Shown: positions 43,313 through 52,411, counted from the first letter of the stretch. The stretch: 54,205 bases of DNA from an uncultured virus (IMG/VR IMGVR_UViG_3300028557_000015) (IMGVR_UViG_3300028557_000015:62001-116205), one strand, 5' to 3'. The notes: generated by a model from the sequence alone, not told the origin. A program made the numbers and translations.

Positions 43313-45106
43313 ATGACATACAAAAAACACTTTACTAGAGTTAATCAATCGGGACAGATGAGCCCATTAGGTGGCGGTAGTGTCACTGGCGCTTGGAATG
43401 GTCCTGGACAAAATTCAGCTACCAACTATAGCAATCAAGACTTTGGTTACAAAAACTATGGTAGTCGTTTACCAGAAGTATATACGGGTCACCCAAATCG
43501 TATTGAACGTTATAATCAATATGAAATGATGGATGTAGACGCTGAAATTAATGCTTGTTTAGATATTATTTCAGAATTCAGTACACAAAAGAATGAACAT
43601 AATAAGACACCATTCAGTTTAGAATGGCGTGAAGAACCCACTCCACACGAAGTAGATTTATTAAAAACTCAACTACAACAATGGTGTAAGTTGAATGAAA
43701 TGGAAACACGTATCTTTAAAATCTTTAGGAACTGTTTAAAGTACGGGGATCAGGTTTTTGTTCGTGACCCAGAAAACTTTAAATTATACTGGGTTGATAT
43801 GACCAAAGTTATTAAAGTTATTGTTAACGAAAGTGAAGGTAAAAAGCCTGAACAATATGTTATCAAAGACTTAAACATTAACTTAGAAAACTTAGTTGTA
43901 GCACAGAAAACAAATACAGACTTTGCCGCTAATCCAGCAACTGGATTAGGTGGTACAGGTGGTGGCGGAACTGGCGGAGGTGGTGGATATACTGTTCCAA
44001 GTATGCCTTATAATACAACTGGTAGTCGTTTCAGTTTAGGATTTAATGAAGCCGCTATTGATTCTAAACACGTTGTTCATTTAAGTTTAACAGAAGGTTT
44101 GGATCGTTTTTGGCCTTTTGGACAAAGTATTTTAGAGAACATTTTTAAAGTTTATAAGCAAAAAGAACTATTAGAAGACGCGGTTCTTATCTATCGTGTA
44201 CAACGAGCACCTGAACGTAGAGTGTTTAAGATTGACGTTGGTAATATGCCAAGTCATATGGCTATGGCATTCGTTGAACGTATTAAGAATGAAATTCATC
44301 AAAGACGTATCCCAAGCACACACGGTGGTGGCAGTATGGTTGATGCAACATACAATCCATTAAGTATGAACGAAGATTACTTCTTCCCAGTTACTGCTGA
44401 TGGTCGTGGTTCAAGTGTTGATTTACTACCCGGTGGACAGAATTTGGGTGAGATTGATGACTTGCGTTATTTCAATAATAGATTAGCACGTGGACTACGT
44501 GTTCCAAGTAGTTATTTACCTACTGGTCCTGATGACAATGTTACTCCTATGAGTGATGGTCGTGTTGGTACCGCTATGATTCAAGAGTTCCGTTTCAATC
44601 AATATTGCGAACGATTACAGAATTATATGGTTAGAAAACTTGATGAAGAATTCAAGTTATTCTTACGCTGGAGAGGATTGAATATTGACAGTGGATTGTT
44701 TAACTTAACATTTAATCCACCACAAAACTTTGCAGCCTATCGTCAAAGTGAACTAGATACAGCACGTATGGGTTCATTTACAGCAGTTGAAGCTTATCCA
44801 TATATCAGTAAACGTTTTGCTATGGAACGCTTCTTGGGACTAACTGAAGAAGAAATCGCTAAAAACGAAAAAATGTGGCGTGAAGAAAATGACAAAGAGA
44901 TTAACATTGAACCACAAGGTAGTGATTTACGTGGAATTGGTGTATCGGTTGGGGATATTGAAACTGATATGCAAACAGGTGAAGATGCTACTGCCGCAGA
45001 AGAAATGCCAATGGATCCATCACTAGCGGCAGCCGGTCAAGTACCAGTACCAGGACAAGCTCAACCAGGACAGAATATGCCAGCGCCAGGTGGCACGGGC
45101 ATGTAA
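43313..45106 (+). CDS. Portal protein, T4 gp20-like
   Basis: 'LLEDAVLIYRVQRAPERRVFKIDVGNMP', 'EDYFFP...GRGS.V..LPGGQNLGEIDDL.YF..L..GL.VP.S'. Confidence 0.95.
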   Translation: MTYKKHFTRVNQSGQMSPLGGGSVTGAWNGPGQNSATNYSNQDFGYKNYGSRLPEVYTGHPNRIERYNQYEMMDVDAEINACLDIISEFSTQKNEHNKTPFSLEWREEPTPHEVDLLKTQLQQWCKLNEMETRIFKIFRNCLKYGDQVFVRDPENFKLYWVDMTKVIKVIVNESEGKKPEQYVIKDLNINLENLVVAQKTNTDFAANPATGLGGTGGGGTGGGGGYTVPSMPYNTTGSRFSLGFNEAAIDSKHVVHLSLTEGLDRFWPFGQSILENIFKVYKQKELLEDAVLIYRVQRAPERRVFKIDVGNMPSHMAMAFVERIKNEIHQRRIPSTHGGGSMVDATYNPLSMNEDYFFPVTADGRGSSVDLLPGGQNLGEIDDLRYFNNRLARGLRVPSSYLPTGPDDNVTPMSDGRVGTAMIQEFRFNQYCERLQNYMVRKLDEEFKLFLRWRGLNIDSGLFNLTFNPPQNFAAYRQSELDTARMGSFTAVEAYPYISKRFAMERFLGLTEEEIAKNEKMWREENDKEINIEPQGSDLRGIGVSVGDIETDMQTGEDATAAEEMPMDPSLAAAGQVPVPGQAQPGQNMPAPGGTGM

Positions 45107-45676
45107 TTAGATAAGTTTCCAACCACCGCAGTGTTTATATTTACCGCTGAATACTTTACTTAGATTACCTAAATTTAAATTATATTTTTTTGCTAAATTA
45201 TATCTAGTAGAGAATTCAAGTTGATTAGTTTGTATATTTTCAAATTTATATATAGTTGGATCATATCTAGAATTTTTTGGTCCTCTTTTGTCACATTCTT
45301 TGTTATGATGATTAGTTAAATCATAACCATTCTTTTTAGTATAATGATTTTGTCCACTAACCTTTTCCTTCATATTACTTGATTGTGTTGTCCCGGTTCT
45401 AGTAGCCCCGCCGCTACCCTCTTCAGGTCTCATGTTAGCCCAATTTGGGTCATCAACTACATTCCATAAATTACTGTAATACAAACCCCAATATTTTACT
45501 TCATCATTAGTTTGACATTCTTTAATGATTTCAGTAGTGACATCATACCCATGTTTTTTGATATGTGAAACCCAATAGTCACCTGATCCTTTATATTTGA
45601 ATGGATCTTTTGTTGTTTTGCCTAAATACTGTAACTCGGTTATGTTGTGAGTTTTCTTATATAGATAAATATTCAT
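45107..45676 (-). CDS. Free-standing GIY-YIG (Seg-like) homing endonuclease
   Basis: 'IYLYKKTH...YLGKT...Y.GSG' N-terminus and C-terminal HTH-like 'LAKKYNLNLGNLSKV..GKYKHCGGW'. Inserted antisense within the head operon; ATG 45676 preferred. Confidence 0.75.
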   Translation of the reverse strand: MNIYLYKKTHNITELQYLGKTTKDPFKYKGSGDYWVSHIKKHGYDVTTEIIKECQTNDEVKYWGLYYSNLWNVVDDPNWANMRPEEGSGGATRTGTTQSSNMKEKVSGQNHYTKKNGYDLTNHHNKECDKRGPKNSRYDPTIYKFENIQTNQLEFSTRYNLAKKYNLNLGNLSKVFSGKYKHCGGWKLI

Positions 45677-45777
45677 ACTGATTGCTCTTTTAAGCATTAG
45701 AGTAGTTGGGCCTGCCAGCCGCGAACTACACTTTTATTTATTCATTTCGGTGATAAATACATTATAGGAAATACCAA

Positions 45778-46002
45778 ATGAAACTGTTTGAAATGTTCGA
45801 TCCAGCTACAGCAGGTTATCAAGACGTAAGTGCTGATAACAGTCAACCAAAGTGGAGAGAAAGCCGTAAAACAAAGTTAACATTAAAACAGATTCGCAAA
45901 TTACGTAAGATGAATGATGTACGTAATTATGAAAAAGTCAATTATCTTAAAAAGATACATCAACAATATGCACCCAAAGCAGAAGGTGCACCAACAGTTT
46001 AA
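45778..46002 (+). CDS. Small basic head-module protein (74 aa)
   Basis: TAAATA at 45754, AGGA RBS, 'RKTKLTLKQIRKLRKM'. Confidence 0.7.
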   Translation: MKLFEMFDPATAGYQDVSADNSQPKWRESRKTKLTLKQIRKLRKMNDVRNYEKVNYLKKIHQQYAPKAEGAPTV

Positions 46003-46024
46003 CGAGTAGTTTAAACAAAAACGT

Positions 46025-46056
46025 AAAAAAATAGCACTTATTGTGCTATTTTTTTT
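46025..46056 (+). terminator. Intrinsic (bidirectional-type) terminator
   Basis: A-tract, TAGCAC-TTATT-GTGCTA, T-tract. Confidence 0.8.
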
Positions 46057-46106
46057 GATACCCACTAAATAACTCTACAAAGCCATTTACATTCAGGAGA
46101 CAAACA

Positions 46107-46925
46107 ATGGACAATAAAAAATTTGAACAACTTATTGATTTAATTATCAATGAGAATGAAGAACAAGCACGTGCATTATTTCACGATATCGTAGTTGAGA
46201 AAAGCCGCGAAATCTATGAGGGAATGATGGATGATGAAATGGGTGAAGGCATGGGCGGTCAAGTAGGTGATCTACTTGACGAGATCGATGTTGAAGAACA
46301 AGGTATGGCTGAAGGTGAAGATGACGACTTAGAGTTTGATTCTGATGAAGATGAAGTAATCGACATTGAAGCCGGTGAAGATGATATGGATGGTGAAGAA
46401 GATTTAGAAGACCGTGTTGTTGACCTAGAAGATAAATTAGACCAATTAATGGCTGAATTTGAAGATATCATGGCTGGTGATGACGATGAAGTTGAAGCTG
46501 ACGATGACATGGCTGACGCTGAAGATGATATGTCTGATGCTGACGCTGACTTTGGTGCAGCCGATGATGAAGAAGATGCAATGATGGAAGCTATCACATT
46601 GAAGAAAGTTTCTGTTACTCACGGTGACAATGGTGTTCAAAATAAGAGCACAGTAGACGCTAACAGCGGTCAAGCTGGAATGGATTCTAGACCAGTTAAG
46701 TTCAGTGGTTCTAGTGAATCAGTTCCAACAGGACCAAAAGGCCCTAGTAATGCATACACTAAAGGTGAATCATCTGTAAAAGATGCTAACAAGTGGAAAA
46801 ATGCACCAGCACAAAACAATGCAGACTTAACAGCCGCACCTAAGCCAGTCACTAAAGACGAAGCAGGTAAAGTTCGTAGTCCAGTAGCAGAGTCACGTAG
46901 AACTACTACTAAAAGACGCATTTAA
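46107..46925 (+). CDS. Highly acidic prohead core/scaffold-like protein
   Basis: 272 aa, Asp/Glu-rich, between portal and protease; AGGAG RBS and TAAATA at 46066. Confidence 0.6.
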   Translation: MDNKKFEQLIDLIINENEEQARALFHDIVVEKSREIYEGMMDDEMGEGMGGQVGDLLDEIDVEEQGMAEGEDDDLEFDSDEDEVIDIEAGEDDMDGEEDLEDRVVDLEDKLDQLMAEFEDIMAGDDDEVEADDDMADAEDDMSDADADFGAADDEEDAMMEAITLKKVSVTHGDNGVQNKSTVDANSGQAGMDSRPVKFSGSSESVPTGPKGPSNAYTKGESSVKDANKWKNAPAQNNADLTAAPKPVTKDEAGKVRSPVAESRRTTTKRRI

Positions 46926-46940
46926 GGAATCTGAGAGAAA

Positions 46941-47582
46941 ATGGCTTATCTTAAAGAGCACTTGACATTTGACCGCGCAGGTATGGTGGTTGAGTCTGTC
47001 AGTGAAGGCGACAAGAAGAACCTTTATATGAAGGGAATCTTCATTCAGGGTGGGGTAAAGAACGCTAATGAGCGTGTTTACCCCGTATCTGAAATTGAAA
47101 CTGCCGTCGGTACTCTTAACGAACAAATTACAAGTGGCTACTCAGTATTAGGTGAAGTAGATCACCCAGACGATTTAAAGATTAACTTAGACCGTGTATC
47201 ACATATGATTACATCTATGTGGATGGACGGAGCTAATGGCTTCGGCAAATTAAAGATTTTACCAACTCCAATGGGTGAATTAGTTAAAACTATGTTGGAG
47301 AGTGGTGTGAAACTCGGCGTATCAAGTCGTGGAAGCGGAAACGTTGACGACATGAACGGCAAAGTAAGTGACTTTGAAATAGTCACCGTGGATATTGTTG
47401 CACAACCTAGCGCACCAAATGCGTATCCTAAAGCAATCTATGAAGGTATGATGAATATGCGTCATGGTCATAAATTGTTGGATATTGCAAAGGACGCAAG
47501 AGGCGACAAGAAAGTAGAGAAGTACTTGAAAGAGGAAGTAATGCGCCTTATCAAGGATCTCAAAATTAACAAAGGGGAATAA
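46941..47582 (+). CDS. Prohead protease, T4 gp21-like
   Basis: 'GIFIQG.VKNAN.RVYP', 'GEVDHP', 'LGVSSRGSG', 'D.VA.PSAP.AY'. Confidence 0.95.
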   Translation: MAYLKEHLTFDRAGMVVESVSEGDKKNLYMKGIFIQGGVKNANERVYPVSEIETAVGTLNEQITSGYSVLGEVDHPDDLKINLDRVSHMITSMWMDGANGFGKLKILPTPMGELVKTMLESGVKLGVSSRGSGNVDDMNGKVSDFEIVTVDIVAQPSAPNAYPKAIYEGMMNMRHGHKLLDIAKDARGDKKVEKYLKEEVMRLIKDLKINKGE

Positions 47583-47584
47583 GC

Positions 47585-48688
47585 ATGTTTGATGCTATCA
47601 AGCCATTACTTGACAGTGGACTAATCAATGAAGATATTGGGCAACAGTTAAATGAAGCCTGGGAATCTAAATTGAATGAAGCCCGCCAGCAAGTCCGTGC
47701 AGAATTACACGAAGAATTCGCACAACGTTATGAACATGACAGAAGCGTAATGGTAGAAGCCCTTGACAAGATGGTTACAGAAAGCCTATCAGAAGAAATT
47801 GAAGAATTTCACTCTGAGAAGCAAGCAATGAACGAAGACCGTGTGAAAGCACAAATGAAACTACGTGAATCTGCTACAAAATTCAATGATTTTATGGTTA
47901 CTAAACTAGCCGAAGAAATCCGTGAACTACGTTCAGACCGTATGATCGCTAAAGAAAGTCAACAGAAGCTAGAACAATTTATTGTTCACGCACTAGCCCG
48001 TGAAATCAAAGAGTTCGCTCAAGATAAACAGGCAGTTGTTGAAGCTAAGGTTAAGTTAGTTGCTGAAGGTCGTAAACAATTAGAAGCATTGAAAGCACGT
48101 TTTGTTGCTGAATCTGCTAAGAAATTGTCTATCGCTGTAGCAGGACAGTTAAAGGGTGAATTAAGCCAGTTGAAAGAAGATATTAAAGTTGCTAAAGAAA
48201 ATAACTTTGGTCGCAGAATTTTTGAAAGCTTTGCAGGTGAATTTTCAGTTACTCATTTAAATGATAAAGCTGAGACAAGAAAACTAATGCAAAAACTAGA
48301 AGATAAAGAACGTCAACTAGCTGAATCTATTACACAAATCAACAACACTAAAAAGTTAGTTGAATCAAAAGAACGTGAAGTTCGTATTATTAAAGAGTCT
48401 AATATTCGTGAGAAAACTATGACTGAGTTACTTTCTACTCTAAATGAGGAAAAAGCAACAGTAATGCAGGACTTACTAGAAAGTGTGCAAACAGGTAAAC
48501 TGCAAGCTACTTTCGATAAGTATCTACCAGCCGTACTAAACACTGGCTCTACTAAGAAGGCTGTAAAGTCTAGCTTAACTGAGTCAAAGATGATTAGTGA
48601 AGTTACAGGGGATAAAGCTGCCAAACAAGAAGTTGATATGGAACAACGTGATAACGTTATAGATATCAAGCGTCTGGCAGGGCTTTAA
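47585..48688 (+). CDS. Prohead scaffolding protein, gp22-like
   Basis: 367-aa coiled-coil protein between protease and major capsid genes; ends 'IKRLAGL'. Confidence 0.75.
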   Translation: MFDAIKPLLDSGLINEDIGQQLNEAWESKLNEARQQVRAELHEEFAQRYEHDRSVMVEALDKMVTESLSEEIEEFHSEKQAMNEDRVKAQMKLRESATKFNDFMVTKLAEEIRELRSDRMIAKESQQKLEQFIVHALAREIKEFAQDKQAVVEAKVKLVAEGRKQLEALKARFVAESAKKLSIAVAGQLKGELSQLKEDIKVAKENNFGRRIFESFAGEFSVTHLNDKAETRKLMQKLEDKERQLAESITQINNTKKLVESKEREVRIIKESNIREKTMTELLSTLNEEKATVMQDLLESVQTGKLQATFDKYLPAVLNTGSTKKAVKSSLTESKMISEVTGDKAAKQEVDMEQRDNVIDIKRLAGL

Positions 48689-48718
48689 TTAAAAAGACAT
48701 AGATTAGGAGAAATATAA

Positions 48719-49915
48719 ATGTCAAAAGTTCTATTAGAAAGCCGTTGGGACGAGACCAAGGAAGCTCTGTTAGAAGGCTTAAAGGGCACTCGCCGCTCAA
48801 CTATGGGTGTTATCTTAGAAAATACTAAGAAACAACTACTTGCTGAATCTTCAGCAGGAACAACTACTGCTGGTAACATCGCTACATTAAACCGTGTGAT
48901 TCTTCCAGTTATCCGTCGTGTTATGCCAACTGTTATTGCTAACGAGTTGGTTGGCGTTCAGCCAATGACTGGCCCAGTAGGTCAGATCCATACACTACGT
49001 GTACGTTATGCACAAAACTTAGTGGACAACTCTGCCGCTCAGACTAGCGTTACTGCTGGTCAAGAAGCATTGAGCCCATTCACTATTGCTCAAGCATATT
49101 CACGTCAGCCATCTAATGATGCAACTGCAACAGGTTACACAGGTAACAACACTGCGGCTCTTGAAGGTAACGGAGGTCGTCAGATTTCTGTTCAAATCTT
49201 GCGTCAAGCCGTTGAAGCTAAGTCACGTAAGTTGCAAGCACGTTGGACATTTGAGGCAGCACAAGATGCACAGTCTCAACATGGTATTGACGTAGAAGCA
49301 GAAATCATGGCAGCTCTTGCACAAGAGATTACTGCTGAGATTGACCAAGAGATTCTATTGTCATTGCGTACATTAGCATCTACAGAGTATACATACAACC
49401 AAGCTACTGTATCAGGTACAGCTACTTACGTTGGTGACGAACACGCTGCCTTAGCTGTTCTTATCAACCGTGTTGCTAACTTGATTGCCCAACGTACACG
49501 TCGTGGCGCAGGTAACTGGGCTGTTGTTTCTAGCGCCGCATTGACAGTATTGCAATCTGCAACTACTTCAGCGTTTGCTCGTACAACAGAAGGTACTTTC
49601 GAAGCTCCAACTAACACTAAGTTCGTTGGTACATTGAACGGCGCTATGCGTGTGTTCGTTGACTCTTATGCTCCTGATACTACACCAGTATTAGTTGGCT
49701 ATAAAGGTTCAAGCGAAACTGACGCGGCAGCATTCTATTGCCCATACATTCCATTGATGAGCAGTGGTGTTGTTCTAGATCCATCAACATTCGAACCAGT
49801 CGTATCATTTATGACACGTTATGGTTATATCGAATTAACTAACACTGCATCATCTTTCGGTAATGCGGCTGATTACGTTGGGGAAATAGCAGTACAAAAT
49901 CTTACTTTTCAGTGA
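48719..49915 (+). CDS. Major capsid protein, T4 gp23-like
   Basis: 'GVQPMTGPVGQI', 'AKSRKL.ARWT.E.AQD....HG.D.EAE', 'FYCPYIPL', 'TRYG'; AGGAG RBS. Confidence 0.97.
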   Translation: MSKVLLESRWDETKEALLEGLKGTRRSTMGVILENTKKQLLAESSAGTTTAGNIATLNRVILPVIRRVMPTVIANELVGVQPMTGPVGQIHTLRVRYAQNLVDNSAAQTSVTAGQEALSPFTIAQAYSRQPSNDATATGYTGNNTAALEGNGGRQISVQILRQAVEAKSRKLQARWTFEAAQDAQSQHGIDVEAEIMAALAQEITAEIDQEILLSLRTLASTEYTYNQATVSGTATYVGDEHAALAVLINRVANLIAQRTRRGAGNWAVVSSAALTVLQSATTSAFARTTEGTFEAPTNTKFVGTLNGAMRVFVDSYAPDTTPVLVGYKGSSETDAAAFYCPYIPLMSSGVVLDPSTFEPVVSFMTRYGYIELTNTASSFGNAADYVGEIAVQNLTFQ

Positions 49916-49956
49916 AATTGGGTACATCCGATTGTCTTTAGGGACAATCACCAATC

Positions 49957-49982
49957 AAAAGAGTGCTTCGGCACTCTTTTTT
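49957..49982 (+). terminator. Intrinsic terminator after the major capsid gene
   Basis: AAAAGAGTGC-TTCG-GCACTCTTTTTT (cUUCGg loop). Confidence 0.9.
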
Positions 49983-49998
49983 ATGATATAATAGTGGA

Positions 49999-50787
49999 AT
50001 GTCAAGTATTGGCATAAATACTATTATGTTCACAAATAAATTCTATTCCAAAGTATACTTCTCAACTATTGAGAAAGCAGTTCAACGAGGCTGGAAAAAA
50101 GCCCGAGGTAGAGAACGGCATCATATTATTCCTCAATCATTAGGAGGAAGTAATGATAAAAGTAATCTAGTATATTTGTCTTGTAGAGAACATTTTCTTT
50201 GTCATTGGCTATTAGTAAAAATGACTGAGGGTGAATACTATCATAAGATGGTGTATGCTCTAATGGGGATGAGGGCAGAAAATGAACACCAAGAAAGATA
50301 TCAAACTATTTTTACTGCAAGAGTTTATGAAAAATATAGAATAGAACACGCGGAGTATCATTCTAAACTAATGAAGTCTAAGAACCTTGTTCCTTGGAAT
50401 AAAGGTGGAGTAGAGATAACAGATGAACATAGAGAAAATCTAAGAAATGCCGCATTACAAAGAGCACCTAAGTCAGAAGAAACAATTACAAAATGGAAAG
50501 AAAGTAGAGCAGGTTATACACATAGTGAAGAAACTAGACAAAAACAAAGTTTAGCTTCAACGGGAAAACCTAAAGGTCCTATGAGTGAAGAAGAAAAGAT
50601 TAAACGGTCAGTAAAACAAAAAGGTGTAGCAAAAGTTAAAACACACGGAGCTAATGTAGCCAACGCAGTATTAGGCAACATAAGTATCAACAAAGACAAT
50701 ACCGAGAAGAAAGTAAAGAAAGACACACTACACAGTTACTTAGATGATGGTTGGCAACTTGGTGGCAAAAAGCGTAAGATAGCATAA
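49999..50787 (+). CDS. Free-standing HNH homing endonuclease with NUMOD3-like repeats (start 49999 or 50026)
   Basis: 'ERHHIIPQSLGGSNDKSNLVYLSCREHFLCHWLL' and 'HSEETRQKQS'-type motifs. Confidence 0.85.
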   Translation: MSSIGINTIMFTNKFYSKVYFSTIEKAVQRGWKKARGRERHHIIPQSLGGSNDKSNLVYLSCREHFLCHWLLVKMTEGEYYHKMVYALMGMRAENEHQERYQTIFTARVYEKYRIEHAEYHSKLMKSKNLVPWNKGGVEITDEHRENLRNAALQRAPKSEETITKWKESRAGYTHSEETRQKQSLASTGKPKGPMSEEEKIKRSVKQKGVAKVKTHGANVANAVLGNISINKDNTEKKVKKDTLHSYLDDGWQLGGKKRKIA

Positions 50788-50821
50788 ATACAATATCTCA
50801 ACGGGATGGGAAGTTACAATC

Positions 50822-50845
50822 AAGCACTCTTCGGGGTGCTTTTTT
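50822..50845 (+). terminator. Intrinsic terminator
   Basis: AAGCACTC-TTCG-GGGTGCTTTTTT. Confidence 0.85.
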
Positions 50846-50863
50846 GTTGGTGATAAATATCTA

Positions 50864-51571
50864 ATGAACGAATTATTATATACCTTAATAGTTACACACA
50901 TCACTATAGTATGTGTTACTCTATTCTTACATAGAGGTCAAGCACATAAAGCAATACAATTTAATCCTATACTCAGTCACTTTATGCGATTCTGGTTGTG
51001 GTTGACAACCGGTATGGTTACTAAACAATGGGTAGCAATACATCGCAAACATCATAGATATAGTGATGTTGAGGGAGATCCACATACACCTCACGTTTTT
51101 GGAATATACAATGTATTGTTCAAAGGAGCATTGTTATACCATACTGCTAGTAAAGATAAAACAATGGTAAATTCATATGGTGTAGGAACACCTGATGATT
51201 GGGTGGAACAAAATGTATACAGTAAGCATAGTCGTTTAGGAATTGTTTTGTTATTGCTTGTAAATTTACTTTGTTTTTCATGGTGGGGAATACTAATTTG
51301 GGCTATACAAATGATATGGATTCCATTCTGGGCAGCCGGCGTAATCAATGGCATAGGACATTGGATAGGGTATCGTAATGGAGAGACTAAAGACCATAGT
51401 CGTAATATCAGTCCTTGGGGAATAATAATAGGTGGAGAAGAACTACATAACAATCATCATTTAGAACCAGCAAATCCTAAGCTAAGTAGAAAATGGTTTG
51501 AGTTTGATATGGGTTATATGTGGTTATCAATCTTTAAATTTTTTAGGCTAGCTAAAATACGTACTATATAA
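50864..51571 (+). CDS. Membrane fatty-acid desaturase (delta-9-type), auxiliary metabolic gene
   Basis: Three His boxes (HRGQAH, HRKHH, HNNHH), hydrophobic segments, 'GEELHNNHH' and 'WFEFD.G'. Confidence 0.88.
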   Translation: MNELLYTLIVTHITIVCVTLFLHRGQAHKAIQFNPILSHFMRFWLWLTTGMVTKQWVAIHRKHHRYSDVEGDPHTPHVFGIYNVLFKGALLYHTASKDKTMVNSYGVGTPDDWVEQNVYSKHSRLGIVLLLLVNLLCFSWWGILIWAIQMIWIPFWAAGVINGIGHWIGYRNGETKDHSRNISPWGIIIGGEELHNNHHLEPANPKLSRKWFEFDMGYMWLSIFKFFRLAKIRTI

Positions 51572-51575
51572 ACGT

Positions 51576-51953
51576 ATGATTGTACTTGCTCCAATATCAG
51601 TAGGTGAACTGATTGACAAAATTACCATACTAAAAATTAAATCAAAGCTTATCAAAGATAAAGATAAGTTGGTTAACATTGAAAAAGAACTTCAATCATT
51701 AGAAGAACTTAAAGATGAGTTAAACTTAGATTTGAATAATGTAGATCCACTGCAACAACAACTATACAAAGTCAATGTAGAGCTTTGGCATATTGAAAAC
51801 TACAAACGCCAATCTGAAAAAGAACAATTATTTGATGATGCGTTTATTAATGCCGCAAGACAAGTCTATCTTAAAAACGATTTGCGTTCCAGTCTTAAAA
51901 AACAAATCAACAAACTTGTAGGTAGCACGATTGTTGAGGAAAAAAGCTATTAA
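51576..51953 (+). CDS. Conserved hypothetical protein (DUF6165-like)
   Basis: 'PISVGELIDKITIL.IK...N.ELW.IE...AR.VY..ND.R..LK..IN...GS...EEKSY'. Confidence 0.65.
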   Translation: MIVLAPISVGELIDKITILKIKSKLIKDKDKLVNIEKELQSLEELKDELNLDLNNVDPLQQQLYKVNVELWHIENYKRQSEKEQLFDDAFINAARQVYLKNDLRSSLKKQINKLVGSTIVEEKSY

Positions 51954-52315
51954 ATAGTATAATCAGTGTCGCTTGTAATATCCAAAATACTTTTACGTTT
52001 TTCTTTTAGTTTTTTCTGATGTAATCTATTACAGTTGGCACACAATGTTTTTAGATTGCGTTTATCTTTATTCTTCTTGTTATCATCTTTATAGATAACA
52101 TCAAGTTGGCATTTGTCTTCTGGTACAAAGCCACACTTCTCACACTTATCTTTCTTGTGTAGTAAGTAACCAAACTTACTGTTATATGCACCCTTAGCAC
52201 AATCAACACAGTACTTGTGCCACTTGGTAAAGCCGTGTTTACTCACACCATTGGGTTTTGCCAATGATACATTGCAATTTATACATAGGGGTCTGTTTGG
52301 CTGTCTTATAAGCAT
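51950..52315 (-). CDS. Zn-finger/HNH-like protein with degenerate active site
   Basis: Four CxxC pairs; 'LDVIYKDDNKKN...NLKTLCANCNRLH'; TAAATA 4 nt upstream of ATG 52315. Confidence 0.6.
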   Translation of the reverse strand: MLIRQPNRPLCINCNVSLAKPNGVSKHGFTKWHKYCVDCAKGAYNSKFGYLLHKKDKCEKCGFVPEDKCQLDVIYKDDNKKNKDKRNLKTLCANCNRLHQKKLKEKRKSILDITSDTDYTI

Positions 52316-52411
52316 CAACTATTTAATAAAAAGCACACCTGGGTGTTTTTTTCTATGGTATTCATTCAGATTTATTGATAAATAATATATCACATAAATT
52401 TAGGATGAACA

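Noticed and set aside
52328..52352. Weak hairpin plus T-tract as a terminator
   Set aside because: The stem is only 4-5 bp and lies between divergent genes; too weak to call.
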